Origin: an uncultured Campylobacterales bacterium
Lineage (GTDB): Bacteria; Campylobacterota; Campylobacteria; Campylobacterales; JAADDG01
Reading direction: 5' to 3'
DNA length: 38,399 nucleotides
Assembly (NCBI GenBank): GCA_964590185.1
Contig: CAZPVZ010000065.1
Location: 1 to 38,399, forward strand
Positions 18,267 through 27,008 of this stretch are shown one piece after another. Made by a program: the position numbers and the translations under genes. How positions within the stretch are numbered: position 1 is the first letter of the stretch; every line of letters begins with the position of its first letter. The notes below the pieces were generated by a model. It ran no database searches, had not been told where the DNA came from, and worked only from the letters and a program-made list of their open reading frames with translations.

Positions 18267-21200
18267 TTAAAACATATTTTCGCTTCCGGGAGTTCCGTGA
18301 GCGGTGGCGTTGGATTCTCTCCAATTCTCTTTCAAAGAGTTGTCGCTATTTGGATTTAAAAGCTCCAAAGTGGCTCCGTTTCCGGAAGCGTCGGGCCAAC
18401 TTTCGTCATAAAATACGCTGTCTATCAAAATACCGTCTTTGTTATAGAGTCTGATAGCGTCCGACTTTTTGCCGAATCCGAAAGGAACGTCTCCTATATA
18501 ATTATCCACATCGGGAAAAAGAGAGGAGAATTTCTCGCTATCCTCGCATACGACAAGATAGTCCCTTGCGGGAAGAACCAAACCGTCCGGAAAAATAAAC
18601 TGATGAGAATCGTCGTCGTCTTTTAAAATCCATCCGCTTAAATCCACGTCCTCGTCGGAGTTGTTGTAAAGCTCGACCCAATCTCCCGTGTCGAAATCTT
18701 TAGCCGATTTGTAATTGAATTCGTTTATTACGATTTTAGGAGGATTGGCCAAAGTAAAAGAGGGCGACAAAGTGAGATTCGAATCCAAAACGACTTCTAT
18801 CCTATTTTCGTCGCTATCGTAACCTCCCCAGGAGAGAAGTTTGTATCCCTCGTCCGCAACCGCCTCCAAAACGACCTTTTGACCTTTAAAATATGTGCCG
18901 TTAAAATCGCCGAAAACTCTTATTCCGTCCACCTTTACGCCGCCGAATTTGGAAGAATTTATCTTCAAGGAAACGAGTTCGGCGTCTATCGAAAACTTTT
19001 CTCTAAGCTGTTTTACGATCACTCCGGGTCTTTCGTCGGCAAAATTTCTCATTTTTTCCAACTCGTTATACCAATCGTTTACGTCCGTATAATTGGTATA
19101 ATAACCGTTTACGTCCCCCTCAAGGTGAACCTCTTCCCATCTTGCGTAAGCTCTCGGAATCTCCGGTTCTATAACGGAAGCGAGTTCGTTTAAAATATTT
19201 TTTACTCTATCCGGTTTAAAAGTGATGTTTAGATGCGTCATAAATTTCTCTACGAACTTATCTTTAAAATTTTGATTTTTCAAAAGATTTCTTATTAGGA
19301 AAGTGGACCAAGGAGGATTCGGCCATCCCGGACCGTCGGAAGCGGTGGCGATATCTATCAAATTATACTCCACTCCGGCCACGCTCTCTCTTAAAGCGAA
19401 ACCGAAATCGGTATCGTATAAAATCCATCTCCAAACTCCGCTATCTTTTCTCTCCCTCCAATATCTTATATTGTTTCCCGGCCAATCCCAGTTGCCGAAA
19501 AACATCTCGGCAATTTCATAATCGATATACTCGTCTATATCTATTTTCGAAGCGACATAATTATAAGCGGCGTCGTCGGATAGATCGTGCTCTTTTATAA
19601 AGTCCATAAGCTCGTCGTAAGCCTCTTTATCTCCTTCCAAAACCTTTCTGTTATTTTCGAGAAGATCCACTTTTTTGACTTTGTGATGCTCTTTTAGATA
19701 AGCCTTGTTCGTTTTTTCTCTTATATTGTAAAGTCCCCAAAACTTTCCGTTTAAAAATACCAAAGCCGGCCTGTACGCCTGATGATCGATATCGGTAGTC
19801 TCTTTTATCAAAGTTTGCATAAAGGCGTCTCTTAACATGCTTTTGCCCCAATCGTTTCCGGAGTTTCTTAGTATGAAGTCTTCAAACTCGTCAATCTTTT
19901 CGTCTTTGAAAAGTTTATACTCAAGCTTATCGTTTCCGTACTTACTTTTCATTTTGATCGCAAACGACTTTTGGGGAACGGTTCTTGAACATTTTCCCAT
20001 TATTTCGACGCCCGCGTCGGTTTTAAAACCCAAACTTCCGTTATTCTCGTAAAATTCGACCGTAGCGGCCCTCTCCCAATCCTGAAAATAGTTGGCCATC
20101 TTCGGTCCGAAACATCCCCCGGAAGGAGCTCCGTTTTTCCCGACGGTATAAATGCCTATCTCGTCGTCAAACAAAAATTTGGGATCCACGGTTAAAGAGA
20201 CTACCGGCAAAGTGGAATTTTCGTCTATAAAATAGGTTTTAGTAACGACTTTGCTATCGAAAACCCCGTCTTTCACCCCTATCGCTCTAATAACGGTATT
20301 TTCCTTCAACACTATCGGAGATTCGTAAAGATAGGAATCCTTAGAAGGTATGGAACCGTCAAGAGTATAGTAAATCCTCTCTTGAGGATCTTCGGAAGTT
20401 AAAGCGACGGTAATTTCTCCTTTATAAAAACCTCCCTCTTTATCGAAAACCGGTTCGCCCGCTCTTTCTATCACTTTCATTCCGACTCCGTTGGGATCTT
20501 TCGGAGTGGGAACCATATAGGCAAATTCTCCCTTTTCGTCTCTTCCGTAAGAGATGTCGGCTTCTTGCTCTCTATATCTCAAATAATCCACCACGTCTCC
20601 GTCGGGATCGAACAAAACCGCCTCTTCTCCGCTTGAGGAGAGTTTAAAATCGGTATGAATCTCGTTTTTAACGACGTCTTCATCGTCCGCCCATATAAGC
20701 ATATACCCTTTTGCCGGTATCACCGTTCCGTCGGGTATTCGATACTTTTTCTCCCCTATTTTATCGCTTAGGAAATATCCGCTTAGATTCACGTCCCTAT
20801 CTTCGTTATTGAAAATCTCTATCCAATCGGAGAAATTAAAAAAATCTCCGTCATAGACCGTTTTCGTATTCGCGGCCATAACTTCGGTAATCTTAATATC
20901 CGCCGCGTAATCCCCCAAAAAGCTTTTGGTTATTCTTTTAAATTCCGGAGAATCCAAAAAAGCCTCTATGACGTACTCTCTCGTAGCCCCGTCGGAGAGC
21001 TTTTTCTCCCAAAACTTAAATCCCTCTTCGTCGGGCTCCCTTCCCATGAGAGTTCTGTAAACTACGGTCAAAAACTTCTTATCGTCGTAATTTTTCTCCG
21101 TAAACTCTTTGGAAAAGAAAAAACCTTTGGCTATGTCGCTTGCGCTTTTCCTATGAGTTTTCAGCTCCTTGTTCCAATACTCTATACCGGCCCCGTCGGC

Positions 21201-21707
21201 TCTTCTTCCCAAAACGAGATTATAAAATCTCTCTATGAAAGCCTCTCTTTCGTCATTCTTGTTATGAGCCAAAATTCCGAAATCTTCCTGACAAAGAGAA
21301 GTAAATTCGTCAGAAAGTGCAAAACCGTAAAAAATTTGATCTCTCAATTTTCCGTGATTTTCCAACTCATTAACCCAATAAGAGAGTCCGGTAGGCTCCG
21401 GTTCTCTATTTAATAAAGTAAGATAGGTTCTTCTAACGAACTCTTCGTCGCTAAGATTGGCGTCTTCAAACTCCTTGCTTCTGAAAAAATCCTTAGCGAC
21501 GCTCGTTGCGCTTTTATTTTCGAAAAGCAGCTGTTTTACCCAATAGTTAAAACCCGCACTATCGGGAGTTCTATTTAAAATATTTTCATAAAGCCTCGTA
21601 ACGAAAGCTTCAACCTTATCCGCCGAAGATTTCGCATGAAGATTTAAAACCAAAAAAACGGGTATTATTAGCAAAAAAAGATACCGTCTCAATCTTTCTG
21701 GATACAT
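18267..21707 (-). CDS. Large secreted DUF4214-repeat / lamin-tail-domain / CotH kinase-family protein
   Basis: 1146 aa with a signal peptide. Four DUF4214-type repeats (e.g. FVTRLYENILNRTPDSAGFNYWVKQL, FIERFYNLVLGRRADGAGIEYWNKEL). An N-proximal LTD (ITEVMAAN...DWIEIFNNEDRDVNLSGYFLSD). A chitobiase/Fn3-like segment (IYYTLDGSIPS). A CotH core (LRNSGNDWGKSMLRDAF, VFLNGKFWGLYNIREK). A C-terminal LTD (VINEFNY...DWVELYNNSDEDVDLSGWILKDDD). Confidence 0.8.
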   Translation of the reverse strand: MYPERLRRYLFLLIIPVFLVLNLHAKSSADKVEAFVTRLYENILNRTPDSAGFNYWVKQLLFENKSATSVAKDFFRSKEFEDANLSDEEFVRRTYLTLLNREPEPTGLSYWVNELENHGKLRDQIFYGFALSDEFTSLCQEDFGILAHNKNDEREAFIERFYNLVLGRRADGAGIEYWNKELKTHRKSASDIAKGFFFSKEFTEKNYDDKKFLTVVYRTLMGREPDEEGFKFWEKKLSDGATREYVIEAFLDSPEFKRITKSFLGDYAADIKITEVMAANTKTVYDGDFFNFSDWIEIFNNEDRDVNLSGYFLSDKIGEKKYRIPDGTVIPAKGYMLIWADDEDVVKNEIHTDFKLSSSGEEAVLFDPDGDVVDYLRYREQEADISYGRDEKGEFAYMVPTPKDPNGVGMKVIERAGEPVFDKEGGFYKGEITVALTSEDPQERIYYTLDGSIPSKDSYLYESPIVLKENTVIRAIGVKDGVFDSKVVTKTYFIDENSTLPVVSLTVDPKFLFDDEIGIYTVGKNGAPSGGCFGPKMANYFQDWERAATVEFYENNGSLGFKTDAGVEIMGKCSRTVPQKSFAIKMKSKYGNDKLEYKLFKDEKIDEFEDFILRNSGNDWGKSMLRDAFMQTLIKETTDIDHQAYRPALVFLNGKFWGLYNIREKTNKAYLKEHHKVKKVDLLENNRKVLEGDKEAYDELMDFIKEHDLSDDAAYNYVASKIDIDEYIDYEIAEMFFGNWDWPGNNIRYWRERKDSGVWRWILYDTDFGFALRESVAGVEYNLIDIATASDGPGWPNPPWSTFLIRNLLKNQNFKDKFVEKFMTHLNITFKPDRVKNILNELASVIEPEIPRAYARWEEVHLEGDVNGYYTNYTDVNDWYNELEKMRNFADERPGVIVKQLREKFSIDAELVSLKINSSKFGGVKVDGIRVFGDFNGTYFKGQKVVLEAVADEGYKLLSWGGYDSDENRIEVVLDSNLTLSPSFTLANPPKIVINEFNYKSAKDFDTGDWVELYNNSDEDVDLSGWILKDDDDSHQFIFPDGLVLPARDYLVVCEDSEKFSSLFPDVDNYIGDVPFGFGKKSDAIRLYNKDGILIDSVFYDESWPDASGNGATLELLNPNSDNSLKENWRESNATAHGTPGSENMF

Positions 21708-21841
21708 CTTAATCCTTTCCGTTTTATTTGAATATCCGTTCGATTTGAATGCGTATTAATAATTATAAAATAATTTCTTTAGAGAGATATAAAAAGAAAT
21801 TTTATATTTTTAAAAAAAGTGGGAAAAAGTGGAAGAAAAGA

Positions 21842-21872
21842 TAAAAAAAACCGCCCTTTAAAAAGGACGGTT
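21842..21872 (-). terminator. Rho-independent terminator of the DAHP synthase gene
   Basis: Minus-strand RNA AACCGUCCUU-UUUA-AAGGGCGGUU forms a 10-bp stem including one G.U pair. It is followed by a U7 run and starts at the stop codon. Confidence 0.7.
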
Positions 21873-23236
21873 CAGCAGTTTTTGCGAGCCTCTTTGAGAG
21901 TATCGGCTATCAAAAAAGCAAGCTCCAAAGACTGATTTGCGTTCAGTCTCGGATCGCAATGAGTATGATACCTATCGGCCAACTGCTCCTCGGTGAGCAT
22001 CTCCGATCCTCCTATGCACTCGGTAACCTCTTTTCCGGTCATCTCAAGATGTATTCCTCCGGCATAAGTTCCTTCGGCTTTGTGAATTTCGAAAAAGCTT
22101 TTCACCTCTTCCAAAACGTTATCGAAAACTCTCGTTTTATAATTGTTCGAAGTCTTAATCGTATTTCCGTGCATAGGATCGGAGCTCCAAAGAACCTTTT
22201 TACCTTCTCTTTCGACGGCTCTTAAAAGAGGAGGAAACTTCTCTTTCAATTTATCGGCTCCCATTCTCACTATAACGTTCAATCTGCCCGGCTCGTTCAA
22301 AGGATTCAAAATATCTATAAGTTTCAAAAGCTCGTCCGGCGTAATGGAAGGACCAGCTTTGATACCGATAGGATTGTCTATTCCTCTTAAAAACTCCACG
22401 TGAGCGCCGTCTATCTGTCTCGTTCTATCCCCTATCCAAAGCATATGAGCCGAACAGTCATACCATTTTCCGGTTATGCTGTCTCTTCTTGTTAAAGCCT
22501 CTTCATAATGCAAAAGAAGCGCCTCGTGAGAGGAGTATATGACCGTCTCCCTTATTTGAGGGGAGTTTTCGGCGGTAATTCCGCACGCCTCTATAAAATG
22601 GAGAGCCTGAGTGATTCTATCGGCCAAATCTCTATATCTCTCTCCTACCGCTCCCTCTCTTACGAATCCCATATTCCATTGATGGACTCTGTGAAGATCC
22701 GCATATCCGCCTCTTGCGAAAGCTCTCAAAAGATTTTGAGTGGCGGCGGATTGGTTGTAGGCTTGAAGCATTCTATAAGGATCCGGAGTTCTCGCCTCTT
22801 CGCTAAATTCGATCGAGTTTATGATATCTCCCCTATAGCTCGGAAGAGTAACGTCCCCTATCGTTTCGGTATCGCTGCTTCTCGGTTTTGCGAATTGTCC
22901 CGCGATTCTGCCCACTTTTATAACGGGACATCCGCCGGCGAAAGTTAAAATCACCGACATTTGAAGCATAACTTTGAAAAAATCTCTTATATTATCGGCG
23001 TTAAATTCCGCAAAACTCTCCGCACAGTCTCCGCCTTGAAGCAAAAAAGCTTTCCCTTCCGTAGCATCGGCCATCTTTTTCTTAAGATCTCTCGCCTCTT
23101 CGGCAAAAACCAACGGAGGATATTTGCTAAGCTGGTCTTCAACCTTATGCAAAGCCGACTCGTCCGGGTAAGTCGGATGCTGGACTATGGGTTTTAGTCT
23201 CCAGCTCGATTTATTCCAGTCACTCATTTTTATCAC
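21872..23236 (-). CDS. 3-deoxy-7-phosphoheptulonate (DAHP) synthase, class II
   Basis: 454 aa. The N-terminus is [19 protein letters not shown]. Motifs include [14 protein letters not shown] and HGNT, and the length is typical of the class II (plant-like/AroH-type) enzyme. Confidence 0.9.
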   Translation of the reverse strand: MIKMSDWNKSSWRLKPIVQHPTYPDESALHKVEDQLSKYPPLVFAEEARDLKKKMADATEGKAFLLQGGDCAESFAEFNADNIRDFFKVMLQMSVILTFAGGCPVIKVGRIAGQFAKPRSSDTETIGDVTLPSYRGDIINSIEFSEEARTPDPYRMLQAYNQSAATQNLLRAFARGGYADLHRVHQWNMGFVREGAVGERYRDLADRITQALHFIEACGITAENSPQIRETVIYSSHEALLLHYEEALTRRDSITGKWYDCSAHMLWIGDRTRQIDGAHVEFLRGIDNPIGIKAGPSITPDELLKLIDILNPLNEPGRLNVIVRMGADKLKEKFPPLLRAVEREGKKVLWSSDPMHGNTIKTSNNYKTRVFDNVLEEVKSFFEIHKAEGTYAGGIHLEMTGKEVTECIGGSEMLTEEQLADRYHTHCDPRLNANQSLELAFLIADTLKEARKNC

Positions 23237-23291
23237 CTTCTATTTTTTCGCATAATTATAATACTTAATGGGTTTTAAGTCAAATAATTTT

Positions 23292-23300
23292 TGATATAAT
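23292..23300 (+). promoter_or_regulatory. Extended -10 promoter element TGATATAAT
   Basis: TGnTATAAT lies 19 nt upstream of ATG 23319, with an AGGAAAG RBS in between. The short 5' UTR makes this tentative. Confidence 0.4.
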
Positions 23301-23318
23301 TTCACAAAAAGGAAAGAT

Positions 23319-23756
23319 ATGGTTGAGTTTGCGAGCGCTTTTTTGATAGGATCTCTCGTAGCGTACCTTTTATATCTCAACATAAAAAAAATAACCGATA
23401 AATTGGATAGAGCCGAAAATCCTTCTTATAAAATATATTCAACCTTTGCGGCGAAGGTTGAAGAATACGTCGAAGAAATCAGGGATTCTATCGGAAATAA
23501 ATATCTTTTGAAAAACGAAAACGACCAAAAAGAGATAAAAGAGAAACTCTCCGAAATCGTTAGAGAACTGAAATTTTTCGAAACGGTATCGGTAAAAAGA
23601 ATGGAAAAAGAGGAAGCGGAAGAGAAACTTTTCGATATTCTTTCCGAACTCGATTCCATTTTGGAAAAAAATTTCGTAAACGGACGAGAAAAAGCGGACG
23701 AGCTTAGAGAAAAACTTCAAAAAAACTTTGAAGAGATAAAAAATGACGTCGAATAA
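23319..23756 (+). CDS. Hypothetical membrane-anchored coiled-coil protein
   Basis: 145 aa with an N-terminal TM (FASAFLIGSLVAYLLYL) followed by a Glu/Lys-rich helical region. Overlaps the next gene by 14 nt. Confidence 0.5.
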   Translation: MVEFASAFLIGSLVAYLLYLNIKKITDKLDRAENPSYKIYSTFAAKVEEYVEEIRDSIGNKYLLKNENDQKEIKEKLSEIVRELKFFETVSVKRMEKEEAEEKLFDILSELDSILEKNFVNGREKADELREKLQKNFEEIKNDVE

Positions 23757-24498
23757 CGATTCTCAACAAAGAAACAACATAATAGAGTTTTCAACGATAG
23801 AAACTTCCTGCACCTATCTGCCCGACAGAAGAATGAGGATGAGTTACAAATACATAAAAGAAGCCTCCTTCGAACTCAACTCCGACCTGACCGAGAGAGG
23901 ATGGAGAAGATTCGGAAAATATTACTCAAGGCCTTCCTGCGCGGCATGCAGCGAATGTTTGAATTTTAGAATAGACGCTTTCAATTTCAAATTCTCAAAA
24001 TCGGCAAGAAGAGTTCTTAAGAAAAACAAACATACTAAAATGTACGTACAAACCCCCACGACTACCTCTTCCCATATAAAACTACACGAAAAATATCACA
24101 AATTCATGTCCGAAAAAAAAGGATGGAAATACCATCCGATCTCGCCGGCCACTTATAACGAGCTCTATGTCGAAGGACACGGAAATTTCGGGAAAGAGGT
24201 CTTATATTTCATAGACGATAAACTCGTAGGAGTGGATTTTATAGACATATGCCGCGACGGAATCTCCGCGATCTACTTTTTCTACGATCCCGATTACGCA
24301 AAATACTCTTTAGGCAGATATTCGATATATCAGCAGATATTAATGGCGAAGGAGCGCGGATTAAGATGGATATATTTAGGATATTATGTAAAAGAGTGCG
24401 ACTCGCTAAACTATAAAGCCTCCTACAAACCCTCTCAGATACTTATAAACTCCCCATCTTTGGAAGAAGAGCCCATATGGGTGGATATCAAAGTTTAA
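23743..24498 (+). CDS. bpt: Arginyl-tRNA-protein transferase family protein (bacterial Bpt-type Asp/Glu leucyltransferase)
   Basis: 251 aa. It has the N-terminal CTYLPDRRMRMSY motif, a Cys cluster (SRPSCAACSEC) and a C-terminal YLGYYV motif typical of Ate/Bpt enzymes. Confidence 0.75.
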   Translation: MTSNNDSQQRNNIIEFSTIETSCTYLPDRRMRMSYKYIKEASFELNSDLTERGWRRFGKYYSRPSCAACSECLNFRIDAFNFKFSKSARRVLKKNKHTKMYVQTPTTTSSHIKLHEKYHKFMSEKKGWKYHPISPATYNELYVEGHGNFGKEVLYFIDDKLVGVDFIDICRDGISAIYFFYDPDYAKYSLGRYSIYQQILMAKERGLRWIYLGYYVKECDSLNYKASYKPSQILINSPSLEEEPIWVDIKV

Positions 24499-25504
24499 AA
24501 GGCGTTCTAACTTCCAAAACGAAATCGGGAGAATCGCTCGTTAATCCTATACCCAAAGAGACGTTTACGGCTCTGTCTTTACTAAGAGCCCAGCCGGCGC
24601 CTATTTTTAACTGTGCCACGTTCAAAGTGGAATTGGCCACTTTGGTCCTGTTTCCGTCAACGGTGGAATAACTCGAGAGAGTATAATCGTACTGAAACTG
24701 AGCGTTTACCGAAAAATTGTAAGAGATGGCGTATCCGAAACCGGCATTTAAAGTGATAGTATCTCCCGGTTCGACTTTCTCAAGATGTTTTCCGTTAACC
24801 ATCATATCCACGTCTTGATCGATGTTGTAAGAGTACGAAATCCCTCCGAAAACGACGCTCGGATCTATACTTTTTATAAGATTCACTCCGGCTTTTATCG
24901 AATAGTACCCCGTTCCCAAAGGAAGCTCGTTCTTCGGATCTATATCGTAAGGTCCCTGTCCCGTTTTTGATTTAAAGCTCAGATTTAAAATAACCGCGGG
25001 CCTGTTTAAAGTCTCTCTATAAATCTGATCGCTAATCGTAAAAGTAACGTCGCCGACTCCCCACTCGTCAACGAGATCCTCCTTATTCGTCTCGACTTTG
25101 GCTCTCTGGTCGTGTCTATAGATGAGAGGCACCGCAAACTCGGCTTGCAAAAAATCCGCAATTCCGTAACGCAATAAAATCACGTCCCCTATAATCTGTC
25201 TTTTTATGGACTCTATCCCAAACTGCCCCAAAGTCAAAAAAACGGGATCCAAAATGGCGAAACTGTCCAAAAATATCTGATTGGCCGAGTTGTAAGTGAA
25301 CTGAAAATCGTTCTCGAACTCGAAAACGCCTTTTTTTAACAATACGTAATCTCTTTGAAAATGTTCCAAAACTTCCTTAGGCTGGGACTCTTTCAAAACT
25401 TCGGCAAGCTTTTTGTTCACGCCGCCGCCTTGCGACGCTCCCTCAAAAAGAGTCAAAACCAGACAAAGACTCAAAATCCTCTTATGAAAAGGCGCGTTCT
25501 TCAT
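24488..25504 (-). CDS. Outer-membrane beta-barrel protein (transporter / MetA-pathway-of-phenol-degradation-like family), last gene of the fibre-like cluster
   Basis: 338 aa with a signal peptide (ILSLCLVLTLFEGASQG). A short charged helical segment is followed by alternating beta-strand patterns to the C-terminus. Sits 13 nt downstream of the C39 gene. Confidence 0.65.
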   Translation of the reverse strand: MKNAPFHKRILSLCLVLTLFEGASQGGGVNKKLAEVLKESQPKEVLEHFQRDYVLLKKGVFEFENDFQFTYNSANQIFLDSFAILDPVFLTLGQFGIESIKRQIIGDVILLRYGIADFLQAEFAVPLIYRHDQRAKVETNKEDLVDEWGVGDVTFTISDQIYRETLNRPAVILNLSFKSKTGQGPYDIDPKNELPLGTGYYSIKAGVNLIKSIDPSVVFGGISYSYNIDQDVDMMVNGKHLEKVEPGDTITLNAGFGYAISYNFSVNAQFQYDYTLSSYSTVDGNRTKVANSTLNVAQLKIGAGWALSKDRAVNVSLGIGLTSDSPDFVLEVRTPFKL

Positions 25505-25517
25505 AAAAATTCCTCTT

Positions 25518-26216
25518 TTAATGATCTAAAAAACTTCTAAAAGACGGCAAATTATATTCGAAAATATAATTTCTAAGCATGGTATTTCCGATCCACTTCA
25601 TATCTTCTTCGGTAAGAGCCAGCCTATTGACCCCTCTTCTTTTCCGCTCTATAATCAAAGCTATATGTTTATACCATATTTTATCAAATTCGTCTCTCGG
25701 AAGTATAGTGTTTCCAAGAGCAGGATCGGCTATAAAAACTCTTCCTTTATACAATCCTCTAAAAACTACGAAATGTTTATAGTTTCCTATCGTAATCGTA
25801 ACTATGGCGGGCTTTCCCATCTCCGCCAAAGAATCCAAATCGAGCTTGTATCCGTTGACTTTATATCCCAAAGCGTTGGAAAGCTTTTTTATATCGAGAA
25901 GCGAAAAACCTTTGTTTTGGATTATTTTCATTTTATTTCCGAATCTGAAAAGACCGTTTATGACTTGATCTTCGGTTAAAGGATCGTTCAAATAGTAGTT
26001 ATATATCGTCGCCGTTGCGGCCGAACCGCAACTAAAATCCATCTTCTGCCTCACGAGATGTTTAGAATTGACGCTTTTAGAAGTTTCAACATGAGGATAG
26101 ATTTTGAAAGAGCCGAATTTCAATCCTACTATAATGGGAACCTTAGAATACTCTTTAGACGAAAGAGTTAAGATTAAAAACGGCAATAAAAAAATAATTT
26201 TTACTATTTTATTCAT
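25518..26216 (-). CDS. Periplasmic (signal-peptide-bearing) C39-family cysteine peptidase
   Basis: ATG 26216 (MNKIVKIIFLLPFLILTLSS) is preferred over the listed GTG 26228. C39 catalytic motifs are intact: Gln/Cys in QKMDFSCGSAATATIYNYY, His in YKHFVVFRG, Asp in FIADPALG. No ABC-transporter domain is attached or adjacent. Confidence 0.8.
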   Translation of the reverse strand: MNKIVKIIFLLPFLILTLSSKEYSKVPIIVGLKFGSFKIYPHVETSKSVNSKHLVRQKMDFSCGSAATATIYNYYLNDPLTEDQVINGLFRFGNKMKIIQNKGFSLLDIKKLSNALGYKVNGYKLDLDSLAEMGKPAIVTITIGNYKHFVVFRGLYKGRVFIADPALGNTILPRDEFDKIWYKHIALIIERKRRGVNRLALTEEDMKWIGNTMLRNYIFEYNLPSFRSFLDH

Positions 26217-26231
26217 ACGCCCTACCACTTC

Positions 26232-26324
26232 CTACAACTTCTCTATCTTTTCGGAGACCTTAAAATAAAAAATAGCGGCTATAAAGCTTACAAGCGTCAA
26301 AAATAGAAAAGATAAAGGATCCAT
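26232..26324 (-). CDS. Unlisted 30-aa single-TM micro-ORF upstream of the C39 gene
   Basis: Hand translation gives MDPLSFLFLTLVSFIAAIFYFKVSEKIEKL. An AAAGGAAAAGAGG purine tract lies directly upstream of the ATG. The stop is 15 nt before the C39 ATG. Too short for the ORF track. Confidence 0.35.
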   Translation of the reverse strand: MDPLSFLFLTLVSFIAAIFYFKVSEKIEKL

Positions 26325-26378
26325 CCTCTTTTCCTTTAAACGAAAAAATCATTCTTTAATAAAAATTAGTTTATATAT

Positions 26379-26407
26379 TTGACCTTTTTAACTAATTTTG
26401 ATAAAAT
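26379..26407 (+). promoter_or_regulatory. Near-consensus sigma70-type promoter on the + strand inside a minus-strand operon
   Basis: TTGACC (26379-26384), a 17-nt spacer, then TAAAAT (26402-26407), with a TG at 26399-26400 (extended -10). Confidence 0.55.
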
Positions 26408-26413
26408 ATTATA

Positions 26414-26548
26414 TGAACATAGCTTATACAAACACAAAAACTCCTTTCTCCAGCTACCATCTTTTAGGAGTTTGGCGTAAAGTTATGTTCCTACCCCTTT
26501 TACGGCATTCAGCAACGACTTAACCGGTCGTTTTGCTGAATGTTTTTT
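26414..26548 (+). ncRNA. Candidate ~135-nt sRNA (cis-antisense to the operon intergenic region, with trans match to the start region of the major repeat gene)
   Basis: Bounded by the promoter at 26379-26407 and the intrinsic terminator at 26506-26548. It contains TCCAGCTACCATCTTT (26449-26464), identical to 28695-28710. That makes it complementary to the mRNA segment AAAGAUGGUAGCUGGA spanning the AUG of the 557-aa protein gene. Confidence 0.35.
26506..26548 (+). terminator. Rho-independent terminator oriented on the + strand
   Basis: Arms CATTCAGCAACGAC and GTCGTTTTGCTGAATG form 10 bp, a 2-nt bulge and 4 bp around a 7-nt loop, followed by T6 (26543-26548). On the minus strand the same hairpin lacks a U-tail. 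Confidence 0.6.
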
Positions 26549-26958
26549 CAAAACGGCTTCAAAGCGGATTGAAGCTGATTGTTTATATTTATTCCTCCCG
26601 TTATTTTCGAATTCATAACGAATATTATATTAATCGGCACATTTACGGCTGAATTTACCGCATTGATAGGCACGAACGCATCTTTTTGAGCCAGACCGCT
26701 AACCATAACCGAATCAACTAAATTCGTAGGCAGATCGGCCGAAAATTTAAAAGCGTTGGAACTTATCGTATGAGTCACCGGCAAAGTATTAAACGCCAGC
26801 GAGCTTTTTATCGCATCATCCATCACTTGATAGTTTAAATTGAATCCCTGTGCCGAAATATCCGAAAGCTCTTCGTCTTTTACAACTTCTATTCCGCCGG
26901 CCGTCGAATATACGGACAATATAGCCGATATAAAGAGTAAATAGAGCGCTTTTTTCAT
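26548..26958 (-). CDS. Small secreted protein carrying one copy of the fibre-repeat core (candidate minor subunit/nucleator)
   Basis: 136 aa with signal peptide MKKALYLLFISAILSVYSTAGG. It shares the motif EELSDISAQGF with the 557-aa protein. SGLAQKDAFVPINAVNSAVNVPINII aligns to the repeat core NGxAQxxASxLxIxNxAxSAVNIGQNI. C-terminal residue is Phe. Confidence 0.75.
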   Translation of the reverse strand: MKKALYLLFISAILSVYSTAGGIEVVKDEELSDISAQGFNLNYQVMDDAIKSSLAFNTLPVTHTISSNAFKFSADLPTNLVDSVMVSGLAQKDAFVPINAVNSAVNVPINIIFVMNSKITGGININNQLQSALKPF

Positions 26959-27008
26959 CTTTTTTCCTTTAAAACATCGTTTTAACGCAAGTTAAAACAA
27001 TGTCTCAA

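Noticed and set aside
26441-26465. The duplicated ATGGTAGCTGGA start segment (minus strand) in the intergenic region, as the remnant of a third structural-gene paralogue
   Set aside because: Only 16 nt are shared and the downstream reading frame stops after 22 codons with no repeat-like sequence. This remains an alternative explanation for the 16-mer match used in the sRNA hypothesis.
26413-26523. A 36-codon + strand ORF (MNIAYTNTKTPFSSYHLLGVWRKVMFLPLLRHSATT) inside the sRNA candidate, as a possible leaderless small protein
   Set aside because: It has no RBS, its stop falls in the terminator loop, and the sequence is unremarkable. It cannot be excluded if transcription starts exactly at the A of the ATG, but the non-coding interpretation is favoured.
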